Notes: generated by a model from the sequence alone, not told the origin. A stretch of 64,000 nt of DNA from Clostridia bacterium (GCA_017415145.1 JAFQJE010000008.1:3771-67770); one strand, 5' to 3'; shown: positions 40,425-50,069, counted from the stretch's first letter. A program made the numbers and translations.

Positions 40425-40471
40425 AAAAAGAGGGCGTTTAAAAACTTTTTTGTTTTTAAACGCCCTCTTTT
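40425..40471. terminator. Bidirectional terminator
   Basis: AAAAGAGGGCGTTTAAAAAC...GTTTTTAAACGCCCTCTTTT. Confidence 0.8.
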
Positions 40472-40649
40472 AATTTTGTTTTTTCACTATTTTATAGTCA
40501 TCTCCGTCACGGAAGTATGGACATTTTTTATAACGGGATGACATTATTCTCATCATTTCATCTTCGTCAATATTCACATCACAAACGTACATCTCATATT
40601 CGTCATCATATGTGTAATTGACACAGGACTCGCAAAGTATATCTGCCAT
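40470..40649 (-). CDS. Small Cys/acidic protein (DUF6472-like, 59 aa)
   Basis: Not in the ORF track. MADILCESCVNYTYDDEYEMYVCDVNIDEDEMMRIMSSRYKKCPYFRDGDDYKIVKKQN; GGAGG RBS. Confidence 0.8.
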   Translation of the reverse strand: MADILCESCVNYTYDDEYEMYVCDVNIDEDEMMRIMSSRYKKCPYFRDGDDYKIVKKQN

Positions 40650-40657
40650 ATTTCCTC

Positions 40658-41380
40658 CTATCGCTTACCATTAAGGATATTTAATTCCCCCTCAGACAAG
40701 TGACGCCATTTACCTTTGGGAAGATTTCCTAAATGCACATTGCCGATGCTCACACGTTTAAGTTTGATAACAGGAAAACCAATTGCTTCGCACATTTTTC
40801 TTATCTGTCTGTTTTTACCTTCGGAAATTGTAATGTTTAACTGCGTTGTGTTCTCTCTTGTTTCCGCTATATCTACCCTTGCAGGCTTGGTAACATATCC
40901 GTCAATCTCAACGCCGCATCTTAGTTTCATAACATGTCCAACATCGGGAGTACCTGAAACTATGGCGTGATATTTTTTAGGAATGTGTTGTGTAGGGTGT
41001 GTCATACGATAGGCAAAATCACCATCATTTGTCAGGAGCAGTAGCCCTTCACTGTCGTAGTCAAGTCTGCCCACAGGATAAAGACGGGCATCAACATCTG
41101 CCACCAGTTCCATAACAGTTTTTCTGTCAAATTCATCTTTTGCCGTAGTTACGTAACCTTTTGGTTTATTGAGCATAATATAATAAAGTTTCTTTTCAGG
41201 ACGGATTAGTTCTCCGTCCAAAAAAACTTTATCATTATCCGTATCTACTTTTGTGCCAAGCTCTGTGACGATTTTTTTATTTACCTTGACTCTGCCTGCC
41301 AATATTATATTTTCTGCTTCTCTTCGTGATGCAATTCCGCATCGGGCCATAAATTTTTGAAGTCTTTCGGGCGTAGCCAT
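40658..41380 (-). CDS. rluB: RluB/RsuA-family rRNA pseudouridine synthase
   Basis: S4 domain ERLQKFMARCGIASRR, PVGRLDYDSEGLLLLTNDG and EGKNRQIRKM. Confidence 0.9.
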   Translation of the reverse strand: MATPERLQKFMARCGIASRREAENIILAGRVKVNKKIVTELGTKVDTDNDKVFLDGELIRPEKKLYYIMLNKPKGYVTTAKDEFDRKTVMELVADVDARLYPVGRLDYDSEGLLLLTNDGDFAYRMTHPTQHIPKKYHAIVSGTPDVGHVMKLRCGVEIDGYVTKPARVDIAETRENTTQLNITISEGKNRQIRKMCEAIGFPVIKLKRVSIGNVHLGNLPKGKWRHLSEGELNILNGKR

Positions 41381-41425
41381 TGTTCTCCTCCGTAAAAGTT
41401 AATACAGTTATTTTACTATATTTTC

Positions 41426-42544
41426 TCACAAATCGCAACCGTAAGTCAGCAACTTTTTGAAATTTTCAAATATTTTTCCCTTTTCTTCTCTGTACTCTAC
41501 ACCTGCTGATGCTACTAGGTTTATTGTTTTTTGAGGCTTATCATAGTAATATACTGTCAAATCTCCTATTACATCTCCTTCGGTTATGGGAGCTGATACA
41601 CTTTCAGGAATATTGCATTTTACAGTTATATTTTTAAACTTGTCGTTCTTATTTTCTGTTATTCTGAAATCCTCCTGCGCTGCAAGTTCTACACTTTTTG
41701 ATGTACCGCAAATTACAGGTACAGTATTTACTGTCATTCCTGCAGCTATAACAGTAAAGCACGCCGTATTTTCAAAGGCGAAATCCAACATTACTCTGTG
41801 GTCGTTCCAGTCATCAGGTGCATTAAGGGTAACCGCAATCACTTTTACTCCATTTCGTTCAGCAGAAGTTACTAAACATCTTCCTGATTTTTTTGTAAAA
41901 CCTGTTTTTACCCCTGTACATCCCTCATACATTCTAAGCATTTTGTTATGGTTTGAAACGGTCTGCGTGCCGTCTAATATAAGTTTTGATTTCGTGGAAA
42001 CTATCTGGCAGAAATTCTCATTTTTCATAGCCTCGCGGGTAATCACCGCCAAGTCGTATGCAGTAGTAAAATGATCTTCCTCATCAAGTCCGTTAGGGTT
42101 TTTAAACGAAGAATTTAAAGCACCGATTTGGTGTGCTTTTTTGTTCATTAACTTTGCAAATTCCGAGACCGAACCGCTAACACCCTCTGCGATTGCAACT
42201 GCCGCATCGTTTCCCGATTGCAGCATAAGACCATATAGTAAATCCTCCATAGTTGCCTTCTGTCCTGCCTTTAAGTAGAGGCTCGTTCCTTCCTTGCCGG
42301 CAGCATTTTTAGACACTGTCACAATCTGGTCAGGCTTTGAGTTTTCTAAGGCTACCAACGCCGTCATAATCTTCGTAGTACTTGCCATTGTGTGCCGCTT
42401 TTCCATATTTTTATCATAAATAACACGGCCTGTAGCAGCATCTATTACGCATGCACACTCTGCCGACACAGAAATCGCCTCTATACTATATGAATTTATA
42501 AACAGGATAAAAGTCATTAAAATAAAAGAAAATACAGGTTTCAA
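41426..42544 (-). CDS. dacB: D-alanyl-D-alanine carboxypeptidase, DacB type
   Basis: MASTTKIMT, LMLQSGNDAA, GVKTGFTKKSGRCL and LNAPDDWNDH; TTG start behind GGAGG. Confidence 0.82.
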   Translation of the reverse strand: MKPVFSFILMTFILFINSYSIEAISVSAECACVIDAATGRVIYDKNMEKRHTMASTTKIMTALVALENSKPDQIVTVSKNAAGKEGTSLYLKAGQKATMEDLLYGLMLQSGNDAAVAIAEGVSGSVSEFAKLMNKKAHQIGALNSSFKNPNGLDEEDHFTTAYDLAVITREAMKNENFCQIVSTKSKLILDGTQTVSNHNKMLRMYEGCTGVKTGFTKKSGRCLVTSAERNGVKVIAVTLNAPDDWNDHRVMLDFAFENTACFTVIAAGMTVNTVPVICGTSKSVELAAQEDFRITENKNDKFKNITVKCNIPESVSAPITEGDVIGDLTVYYYDKPQKTINLVASAGVEYREEKGKIFENFKKLLTYGCDL

Positions 42545-42706
42545 AATCACTACCTCCGTCAATATTTACTAAATTATATGAATTGAAAAGATTAAATATC
42601 TGTTAAATTCGAAAAAAACCTTTGCAAAACTAACAATATATGGTATACTATATACATAAAGAGAAAGCAGTCTACTGTTTTCCTCATAAGAAAAGGAGTG
42701 ACGGTT

Positions 42707-43237
42707 ATGAAAATCACAATTACAGGTAAGCAGATTGATTTAACAGATGGTCTTAAAGCAAGGGTTGAAGAAGCCTACGCAAAGCTAGACAAGTACTTCT
42801 CCAAAGAAACAGAAGCAATAGTCACTTTGAGCGTTCAGCGTGACGAGCAGATTGTTGAAGCTACTATCCGTTCTGGTAATCTGATAATCCGTGTAGAAGA
42901 AGCTACTCCCGATATGTACGTATCAATCGACACATCAGTCGATGTTTTAGAGCGCCAGCTCCGTAAAAACAAAACAAGAATGGAAAAGAGAATGAAGAAG
43001 GAATTCACAGAAACTGTTATATTTGACAGAATTCCCGCTCTTCCCGTTGACGATGAGGCTAATCAGATTGTGAGAATTAAAACTGTCGAAACAAAGCCTA
43101 TGTCTCCCGAAGAAGCTGTACTTCAGCTTGACCTTATCGGCCACGAATTCTTTATTTTCACAAACGATAAGACCGGCGACAAGAACCTCGTTTACCGCAG
43201 AAAGAAAGGCGGCTACGGTTTAATCGAAATCGACTAA
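42707..43237 (+). CDS. hpf: Long ribosome hibernation promoting factor
   Basis: ITGKQIDLT...DMYVSID...LERQLRKNK and C-terminal KPMSPEEAVLQ...VYRRKKGGYGLIE. Confidence 0.95.
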   Translation: MKITITGKQIDLTDGLKARVEEAYAKLDKYFSKETEAIVTLSVQRDEQIVEATIRSGNLIIRVEEATPDMYVSIDTSVDVLERQLRKNKTRMEKRMKKEFTETVIFDRIPALPVDDEANQIVRIKTVETKPMSPEEAVLQLDLIGHEFFIFTNDKTGDKNLVYRRKKGGYGLIEID

Positions 43238-43249
43238 TTAACCATTGTG

Positions 43250-43280
43250 TGTGCCGTCGGGTAACCGACGGCACATTTTT
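43250..43280 (+). terminator. Terminator after hpf
   Basis: TGTGCCGTCGG-GTAA-CCGACGGCACA-TTTTT. Confidence 0.85.
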
Positions 43281-43301
43281 GTAAAATATTAAGAGGTATT
43301 T

Positions 43302-43766
43302 ATGGAAACTCGTTCAAAAAAAATTATTTCTAACAACAAAAAGGCATATCACGACTATTTTATTGATGAAAAATTCGAGGCAGGCATAGAGCTTTTCGGC
43401 ACTGAAGTAAAGTCAATAAGAGCAGGTCAGGTAAATCTAAAGGACAGCTATGTTTCTGTAAAAACAGGGGAGGCTATTCTTTTGGGCATGCACATTAGCC
43501 CTTATGAAAAGGGCAATATTTTCAACAAAGACCCACTTAGACCAAGACGTCTGCTCCTTCACAAAAAAGAAATTATGAAATTAATCGGCAAAACCAAAGA
43601 AACAGGTGTATCCCTAATACCATTGTCTGTGTATTTTCTTGGTAGTAAGGTAAAGATTGAACTTGGACTCGCCCGTGGTAAAAAGGCTTATGACAAGCGT
43701 GAGGCAATTGCCGAAAAAGACGCCAAACGTAATATGGACAGGGCTATGAAAGAGCGCATGAGGTAA
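43302..43766 (+). CDS. smpB: SsrA-binding protein
   Basis: [20 protein letters not shown] and GKKAYDKR. Confidence 0.98.
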   Translation: METRSKKIISNNKKAYHDYFIDEKFEAGIELFGTEVKSIRAGQVNLKDSYVSVKTGEAILLGMHISPYEKGNIFNKDPLRPRRLLLHKKEIMKLIGKTKETGVSLIPLSVYFLGSKVKIELGLARGKKAYDKREAIAEKDAKRNMDRAMKERMR

Positions 43767-43770
43767 CGTG

Positions 43771-43968
43771 ATGAAAGTAAAATTTAATGATGATAAAGAA
43801 ATTGTAGAAACCATTCAGGAAGGACTGGAACGAACAGGCGGATATTGCCCCTGCAAATTAGAGAGAACAGAGGAAAACAAGTGCATGTGTGAAGAATTTA
43901 AAGCACAGATTAAAGACCCTGAATTTGAAGGATATTGTCACTGTATGCTCTATTACAAAAGTAAATAA
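43771..43968 (+). CDS. Ferredoxin-thioredoxin reductase catalytic beta chain-like protein
   Basis: GYCPC...CMC...YCHCMLY Cys pattern of FTR catalytic subunits. Confidence 0.85.
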   Translation: MKVKFNDDKEIVETIQEGLERTGGYCPCKLERTEENKCMCEEFKAQIKDPEFEGYCHCMLYYKSK

Positions 43969-44033
43969 AACTGAGAAAAGCCGTGCAGGAAATAAATCCT
44001 AACACGGCTTTTTTATTATGAAAATTTGTATGT

Positions 44034-44183
44034 CTACTCTTTTGAGCAATTGCATAAACAACATCCGTTGCCACTCTCAGGACAACCAATACATTTTTTT
44101 CCGTTTTTCTTGGCTTTATACACGTAAAAAGCTGCAAGTCCTACTACTGCAACGATCACTGCAATCAAAATTATATTATCCAC
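44034..44183 (-). CDS. FeoB-associated Cys-rich membrane protein (49 aa)
   Basis: Not in the ORF track. GTG start: MDNIILIAVIVAVVGLAAFYVYKAKKNGKKCIGCPESGNGCCLCNCSKE; directly after feoB. Confidence 0.85.
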   Translation of the reverse strand: MDNIILIAVIVAVVGLAAFYVYKAKKNGKKCIGCPESGNGCCLCNCSKE

Positions 44184-44192
44184 AAAATCACC

Positions 44193-46160
44193 TTATTTTT
44201 CCAAAGATATTTCAACCGATTTATTTACTGTTTTATCTGCTTTTTTACACAGGTATGCCAAAATTCCAACAAAAACTGCTACTGCAATACCACCGGCAAT
44301 TGCCGTGCTTATACCTAAGCTTTCAGGTGCTGTGATGAGTGTACCTATCGTATATACAAGATAGCCTACTGTATAGCCAACCCCAAGCTGTAAACCGATA
44401 CCGCCCCAGAGCCATTTTGCACTCTTCATTTCTGAGTTCATAGCACCGATAGCAGCAAAGCAAGGAGGTGTAAAAAGGTTAAACATAAGATAAGCTAAAG
44501 CCGCCACAGCTGTAAGTTCTGGTGCAGCACCAGGAAGTTCTTTTGTCACATCAGTAAGTGCAAAGCAAACCGCAATGGTTGCAACAACATTTTCTTTAGC
44601 AATAAAACCAGTAATTGCCGCAGCCGCAAATTGCCATGCATGATACCCAACAACAGGAATAAGCAGATATGCAAAGGGTTGCGCTAACGATTCAAGTATA
44701 GAAGTTTGCGCTGACTCTGCAACTGCGAAGCTCCAGTCAAAAGTCTGCATAATCTGTACTGCTGTGTTACAGAGTAAGATAATTGTAGCAGCCTTTACGA
44801 TGTATGCCCAACCACGTGAGCACATAGATTTTATCCCACGCCAGATACTTGGTATTTTATACTCAGGCAATTCCATAATAAAGTAAGACTTTTTCTTGCT
44901 GTTGCCTGTAATCTTGTTTATAATGAGTGCCCCGATAAATATAATCACAATACCTGCAAAGTACATTAAAGGTCCAACCCATGTAGCATTTTTAAAGAAT
45001 GCCCCTGCAAAAAGAGCAATAACAGGCAGCTTTGCCCCACAAGGCATGAACGGTGCCAGCATAGCCGTGGCTCTGCGTTCACGTTCATTTCTTATAGTAC
45101 GGCAAGCCATAACACCGGGGATTGCACAACCTGTGCCGATAACAAAAGGAATTACAGATTTTCCTGACAATCCAACTTTTTTAAATATAGGGTCTAATAC
45201 CACAGATACACGTGCCATATAGCCGCAATCTTCTAAAAGTGCAATTAAAAAATACATTACCATTACTAGTGGTAAGAATCCAATAACTGCAATCACACCG
45301 CCGATAACACCGTCAATCAAGAGGGCTGTAAGTAGCGGATTTGCATTTTCAAAAAACTGCGCTACCCATTCCTGACCGCTTTCTAATAAACCAACAAGCC
45401 AGTCTGCAGCCCATACACCGGGGCCTGCCTGTGAAATCCAGAACACAAAGTACATAACAACTGCAAATATGGGAATACCTACCAGTTTATTTGTTAAAAC
45501 TGCATCAATTTTATCCTGTGAATTCTTATCTTTTGTAAGAACCTTGCGAGTTTCAACCGCTTTTACTATACCATTTACAAAGCTGAAACGTTTTCTGTCT
45601 GCAGACTCAACCTCTGACTTGTTTGTAGTATCAACTTCTCCCTGTATGTACGGTGCTGTCTGCCCTTTTCCAACAACAGAAATTGCTGCAGCAACAATTT
45701 CCTTCATTCCTTCAGCAGATGTGGATACAGTTTCAATAACCGGGCAACCTAAGAGCTTTTCCAGCGTTTTTATATCAATTACTGTTTCTTTCTTTTCATT
45801 AATATCAGATTTATTTAGAGCTATCACAACAGGAATTCCCAGCTCTAAAAGTTGGGTTGTAAAGAACAAACTACGGCTCAGATTTGTAGCATCTACAATA
45901 TTGATGATAGCATCGGGATTTTCATTTTTAACATATTGACTTGTGATACTCTCCTCTGATGTAAAAGGAGACATAGAGTATGCCCCTGGCAAATCTATTG
46001 CTATGATTTTCTCATCACTATATATACTCTTTTTTACAGGGCTTTCTTTTTTATCTACTGTAACACCTGCCCAGTTGCCGACTTTTTCATTTTTGCCGGT
46101 TAGGGCATTATACATTGTAGTTTTGCCACTATTTGGATTGCCCGTTAATGCAATTCTCAT
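44193..46160 (-). CDS. feoB: Ferrous iron transport protein B
   Basis: GNPNSGKTT, VGNWAGVTV, DLPG, NKSD, GCAIP, PCGAKLP and PCFA. Start at ATG 46160 behind GGAGG. Confidence 0.96.
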   Translation of the reverse strand: MRIALTGNPNSGKTTMYNALTGKNEKVGNWAGVTVDKKESPVKKSIYSDEKIIAIDLPGAYSMSPFTSEESITSQYVKNENPDAIINIVDATNLSRSLFFTTQLLELGIPVVIALNKSDINEKKETVIDIKTLEKLLGCPVIETVSTSAEGMKEIVAAAISVVGKGQTAPYIQGEVDTTNKSEVESADRKRFSFVNGIVKAVETRKVLTKDKNSQDKIDAVLTNKLVGIPIFAVVMYFVFWISQAGPGVWAADWLVGLLESGQEWVAQFFENANPLLTALLIDGVIGGVIAVIGFLPLVMVMYFLIALLEDCGYMARVSVVLDPIFKKVGLSGKSVIPFVIGTGCAIPGVMACRTIRNERERRATAMLAPFMPCGAKLPVIALFAGAFFKNATWVGPLMYFAGIVIIFIGALIINKITGNSKKKSYFIMELPEYKIPSIWRGIKSMCSRGWAYIVKAATIILLCNTAVQIMQTFDWSFAVAESAQTSILESLAQPFAYLLIPVVGYHAWQFAAAAITGFIAKENVVATIAVCFALTDVTKELPGAAPELTAVAALAYLMFNLFTPPCFAAIGAMNSEMKSAKWLWGGIGLQLGVGYTVGYLVYTIGTLITAPESLGISTAIAGGIAVAVFVGILAYLCKKADKTVNKSVEISLEK

Positions 46161-46209
46161 TTTTGTACTTCCTCCTGATGATATGTAAATAAAATTTGTA
46201 TCCATTTGG

Positions 46210-46225
46210 GTTAGTTGCGTCTAAC
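46210..46225. promoter_or_regulatory. Putative metal-regulator box (GTTAG-N6-CTAAC)
   Basis: GTTAGTTGCGTCTAAC in the feoA-feoB spacer. Confidence 0.6.
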
Positions 46226-46272
46226 TCATTGGCAAAAAAGTAATCAGCTGAACAGATTGCTTTTTTTAAAAC

Positions 46273-46485
46273 TCAGACAATAATCGCTTCTGCAAGCTGA
46301 TTGTCAATATTATATCTGCCGTCTTTAATAGAAACTACACAACCGCCTCTTGATTTGGATATAACAGTAATCGGTTCACCACTGTAGCAACCCAAAGAAA
46401 ACAAAAAGGCGTCCAACTCCTCATCGTCTGTATCAATTTGTTTGATAATATATTCTATTCCTTCTTTTGCTTCTTTTAAATTCAT
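46273..46485 (-). CDS. feoA: Ferrous iron transport protein A
   Basis: FLFSLGCYSGEPITVIS...IKDGRYNID; upstream of feoB. Confidence 0.9.
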   Translation of the reverse strand: MNLKEAKEGIEYIIKQIDTDDEELDAFLFSLGCYSGEPITVISKSRGGCVVSIKDGRYNIDNQLAEAIIV

Positions 46486-46515
46486 AATAATCGCCTGATT
46501 TCAATCAAATATCAA

Positions 46516-46569
46516 GTTAGTCTTTGCTAACTCCACAGTTAGTCTAACATAACCGGAAGGATTTGTCAA
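46516..46569 (-). promoter_or_regulatory. feoAB promoter overlapped by two GTTAG-N6-(C/A)TAAC boxes
   Basis: TTGACA-N17-TAGACT (46569-46541); boxes at 46516-46531 and 46538-46553. Confidence 0.65.
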
Positions 46570-46657
46570 TACTTTTTATTAAAATTTGTTTGTTGATTTA
46601 TTGTTGCCTTTATGATATATTTATATTAGATTATTGTGCATTTTTGGAGGCAATATT

Positions 46658-49129
46658 ATGACCCAATTTAATATTACAGGCATGAGTTGTGCAGCCTGTT
46701 CCGCCCGTGTGGAAAAAGCAGTGTCAGATGTTGATGGCGTTTCATCATGTTCTGTCAATCTGCTTACCAATTCAATGACTGTAGAAGGTACAGCCGCAAA
46801 CCACGAAATTATAAAAGCGGTTGAGGCTGCAGGTTATGGTGCAAATCTCAAAGGCTCAAAAAAAGAAGATTCAGAGGGCTTTTTAGAAGATAAAGAAACT
46901 CCATATCTGAAAAGGCGTTTTGTTGCATCAATAATTTTCCTTGCTATTTTAATGTATGTTTCTATGGGACACGTTATGTGGGGATTTCCTGTGCCCCAGT
47001 TTTTCGACAGAAATTATATCGGTATAGGAATATTAGAGCTCCTGCTCACATTAATTGTTATGTTTATAAACAAAAGGTTTTTCATCAGTGGTACAAAAGG
47101 TCTCATTAACCGTGCACCCAATATGGACACGCTAGTATCATTAGGCTCAGGAGCTGCGTTTATTTACAGTACCTATGCTCTCTTTGCTATGACAGGTGCG
47201 AGAGCTGATGCCTATCACTATCTGCATGAATTTTATTTTGAATCTGCTGCTATGATATTAGCACTGATTACAGTGGGAAAAATGCTTGAAGCACGTTCAA
47301 AGGGCAAGACCACAAATGCCTTAAGGAGTCTGATGAAATTAGCGCCTAAAACTGCTATTATTGAAGTGGGCGGTGCAGAAAAAGAAATCGAAGCAAAAGA
47401 CATCAAAAAAGGCGATATATTTATAGTAAAATCGGGTATGAGTTTTCCTGCTGACGGTATTGTTGTATCAGGTCACTGTGCAGTTGATGAATCTGCCATC
47501 ACAGGCGAAAGTATTCCTGTGGATAAGGAAATGGGCGACCGTATAACATCTGCTACTATTAACAAATCAGGATATGTCCGTTGCCGTGCAGAAAAAGTTG
47601 GTGCGGATACTACTCTTTCTCAGATTATAAAGTTGGTAAGTGATGCATCTGCTACAAAGGCACCTATTGCTAAGGCTGCCGACAAGGTATCAAGTGTGTT
47701 TGTTCCTGTAGTTATGGCAATCGCTTTGATTACTATTATTGTATGGTTAGCATCAGGCGAAAGTATTGGTTTTGCACTGGCACGAGGTATTTCTGTGCTT
47801 GTTATAAGCTGTCCCTGTGCGTTAGGTCTTGCTACACCAGTTGCAATTATGGTAGCAAGCGGTGTAGGCGCTAAAAATAGTATACTCTTTAAAACCGCAG
47901 TTTCTTTAGAGGAAGCAGGCAAAATTTCAGTAGTTGCACTTGATAAAACAGGTACTATCACAAAGGGAGAGCCTGTTGTTACTGATATCATTACTGCAGA
48001 TGGTATTGAGAAAGTAACACTTTTGCGTTACGCTTACGCATTGGAGGCAAAAAGCGAGCATCCATTAGCCCGTGCTGTTGTAAAAAGAGCAGAAGAGTTG
48101 AATGTTGAATTATTTGAAAGCACTGACTTTAACGTATCTTCAGGAAACGGCATTGAAGCTACTGTGGGCGGTGCTCATGTTGTTGGTGGAAATCTTCACT
48201 TTATTTCAAAATTCATCACTATCCCCGGTAATCTTGTAATTTCCTATGAGCAATTAGCAGAAAAAGGATGCACCCCCCTGTTCTTTATTAAAGATAAACA
48301 ATTCTTAGGAATTATTGCCGTGGCTGATGCTATAAAAGAAGACAGTCATGATGCAATTAAAGAATTAAAAAACATGGGAATACGTGTTGTTATGCTCACA
48401 GGCGACAACGAAACTACTGCAACCGCCGTAAAAACACAGGTTGACGTTGATGAAGTAATAGCAAACGTCACCCCTGCAGGAAAAGATGAAGTGATAAAGA
48501 AATTAAAACAAAATGGCAAAGTAGCAATGGTCGGGGATGGCATAAACGACGCACCTGCACTTACTTCTGCTGACATCGGTATTGCAATCGGTGCAGGAAC
48601 TGATATTGCAATAGATGCTGCAGACATCGTATTGATGAAAAATTCAATTTCTGATGTTCCTGCAGCAATCAGACTCAGCCGCATGACGCTTAAAAATATT
48701 TACGAAAATCTTTTCTGGGCATTTATATATAACACAATCGGTATTCCCGTTGCAGCAGGGGTTTTAATTCCGGCATTTGGCATTCAGCTTAACCCTATGA
48801 TTGCAGCAGCGGCTATGAGCTTATCAAGCTTTTGTGTTGTTACCAATGCCTTAAGGCTTAACTTTAAAGATATAAAAAGTGCAAAACACGATATGAAAAT
48901 AAGAGCTAAAAAGGAGAAAAAAACTATGGAAATTACGCTTAAAATCGAAGGAATGATGTGTCCTCACTGTGAAGCAAGAGTAAAGAGTACCTTAGAAGCT
49001 ATTGACGGCGTTTTAGAGGTCATTCCTTCTCATACAGAAAAACAGGCAAAAATTATACTTTCTAAGGAAATTGATATTTCTGTTTTAAAGGATACTATAG
49101 TTGCTCAAGGATATCAGGTTATTGACTAA
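46658..49129 (+). CDS. copA: Cu(I)-translocating P1B-1 ATPase with N- and C-terminal HMA domains
   Basis: GMSCAAC, CPCALGLATP, DKTGT, SEHP, GDGINDAP, YN and MSLSS; C-terminal GMMCPHC domain. Confidence 0.93.
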   Translation: MTQFNITGMSCAACSARVEKAVSDVDGVSSCSVNLLTNSMTVEGTAANHEIIKAVEAAGYGANLKGSKKEDSEGFLEDKETPYLKRRFVASIIFLAILMYVSMGHVMWGFPVPQFFDRNYIGIGILELLLTLIVMFINKRFFISGTKGLINRAPNMDTLVSLGSGAAFIYSTYALFAMTGARADAYHYLHEFYFESAAMILALITVGKMLEARSKGKTTNALRSLMKLAPKTAIIEVGGAEKEIEAKDIKKGDIFIVKSGMSFPADGIVVSGHCAVDESAITGESIPVDKEMGDRITSATINKSGYVRCRAEKVGADTTLSQIIKLVSDASATKAPIAKAADKVSSVFVPVVMAIALITIIVWLASGESIGFALARGISVLVISCPCALGLATPVAIMVASGVGAKNSILFKTAVSLEEAGKISVVALDKTGTITKGEPVVTDIITADGIEKVTLLRYAYALEAKSEHPLARAVVKRAEELNVELFESTDFNVSSGNGIEATVGGAHVVGGNLHFISKFITIPGNLVISYEQLAEKGCTPLFFIKDKQFLGIIAVADAIKEDSHDAIKELKNMGIRVVMLTGDNETTATAVKTQVDVDEVIANVTPAGKDEVIKKLKQNGKVAMVGDGINDAPALTSADIGIAIGAGTDIAIDAADIVLMKNSISDVPAAIRLSRMTLKNIYENLFWAFIYNTIGIPVAAGVLIPAFGIQLNPMIAAAAMSLSSFCVVTNALRLNFKDIKSAKHDMKIRAKKEKKTMEITLKIEGMMCPHCEARVKSTLEAIDGVLEVIPSHTEKQAKIILSKEIDISVLKDTIVAQGYQVID

Positions 49130-49177
49130 TTCTTTAAGATATGATAAAATTTTTGTATCACTTTGCGAGGTGTTTTT

Positions 49178-49552
49178 ATGATTATTAAAGAATCAGCCGA
49201 GAATTACTTGGAAACTATACTTGTTTTAAAAAATAAAAAAGGCAGCGTAAGAAGTATCGACGTTGCTCACGAGCTTATGGTGTCAAAGCCCAGCGTGTCT
49301 GTTGCTATGAAGAATTTCCGTGAAGAAGGCTATATCACGGTAGACACTGACGGGAGCATTTCTTTAACAGAGAAAGGTCTTATGATTGCAGAACGTGTAT
49401 ATGAGCGTCATCAGATTATAACTAAAGCTCTTATGTCAATCGGAGTTGACGAAATCACAGCCAAAGAGGACGCCTGCAAGATTGAGCATCACATAAGCAA
49501 TATAACATTTGAAAAATTAAAAGCGTTTATACAAAACAAAAGCGAGGATTAA
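49178..49552 (+). CDS. DtxR/MntR-family metal-dependent transcriptional regulator
   Basis: ESAENYLE, VRSIDVA..L.VSKPSVS, YERH and DACKIEH. Confidence 0.92.
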   Translation: MIIKESAENYLETILVLKNKKGSVRSIDVAHELMVSKPSVSVAMKNFREEGYITVDTDGSISLTEKGLMIAERVYERHQIITKALMSIGVDEITAKEDACKIEHHISNITFEKLKAFIQNKSED

Positions 49553-49568
49553 TCCTCGCTTTTGTTTT

Positions 49569-49597
49569 GTATATTTTCTTCATTTTCAGCCATCCTA
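49569..49597 (+). promoter_or_regulatory. Putative sigma-G promoter of the DUF1540 gene
   Basis: GTATA-N17-CATCCTA. Confidence 0.5.
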
Positions 49598-49617
49598 ATA
49601 AAAAAGGAGGTATTCGT

Positions 49618-49791
49618 ATGAACGAAAGAAAAGAACAACCCATATCAGGCATTGCCTGTACTGTAACAAACTGTGAATATCACGGCGAAGGCGAAAAATG
49701 CTTTGCCGATTGCATCAAGGTTACCACTTGTGACCCTGTTCAGCAATGCTCAGTTGAGTGTGCAACATTTAAACCAAAAGCAGGTCAATAA
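49618..49791 (+). CDS. DUF1540-like small Cys-rich protein
   Basis: IACTVTNCEYH...C.A..I.V...CATF; AGGAGG RBS. Confidence 0.82.
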   Translation: MNERKEQPISGIACTVTNCEYHGEGEKCFADCIKVTTCDPVQQCSVECATFKPKAGQ

Positions 49792-49834
49792 GAAACAACG
49801 AGAGTTCAGTCAAGAACTCTCGTTGTTTCTTATT
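49787..49834. terminator. Bidirectional terminator
   Basis: Long inverted repeat AATAAGAAACAACGAGAGTTC / GAACTCTCGTTGTTTCTTATT. Confidence 0.8.
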
Positions 49835-50069
49835 CACATCTACAAGGAATATCCACTAAGATTACATCGCCAATTACCTTGACTTTGCACCACGGAATTA
49901 CTATATCATCTTTTTTTGAAAAATTTAAAATTTTCATTTTTCCAGGAACTACGATTGCTTCGATTTCTCCCTTACAGAGACTTACTTCCACATCACATAC
50001 ATAACCTAATCTCATAGCGTCATTTATGTTAATAACCTCTTTTTGTCTTAATTCTCCTGCTCTTTGCAT
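49830..50069 (-). CDS. YlmC/YmxH family sporulation protein (PRC barrel)
   Basis: ELRQKEVININD..RLG.V.D...IPW..VKVIGDVILV; start at ATG 50069. Confidence 0.9.
   Translation of the reverse strand: MQRAGELRQKEVININDAMRLGYVCDVEVSLCKGEIEAIVVPGKMKILNFSKKDDIVIPWCKVKVIGDVILVDIPCRCE

Noticed and set aside
42650-42706. raiA-motif ncRNA upstream of hpf
   Set aside because: A promoter-like TTGCAA...TATACT ends at 42649, leaving a leader of under 60 nt, too short for that RNA.
43767-44033. tmRNA (ssrA) next to smpB
   Set aside because: The space is occupied by the FTR-like gene and a terminator; no tRNA-like ends are visible.
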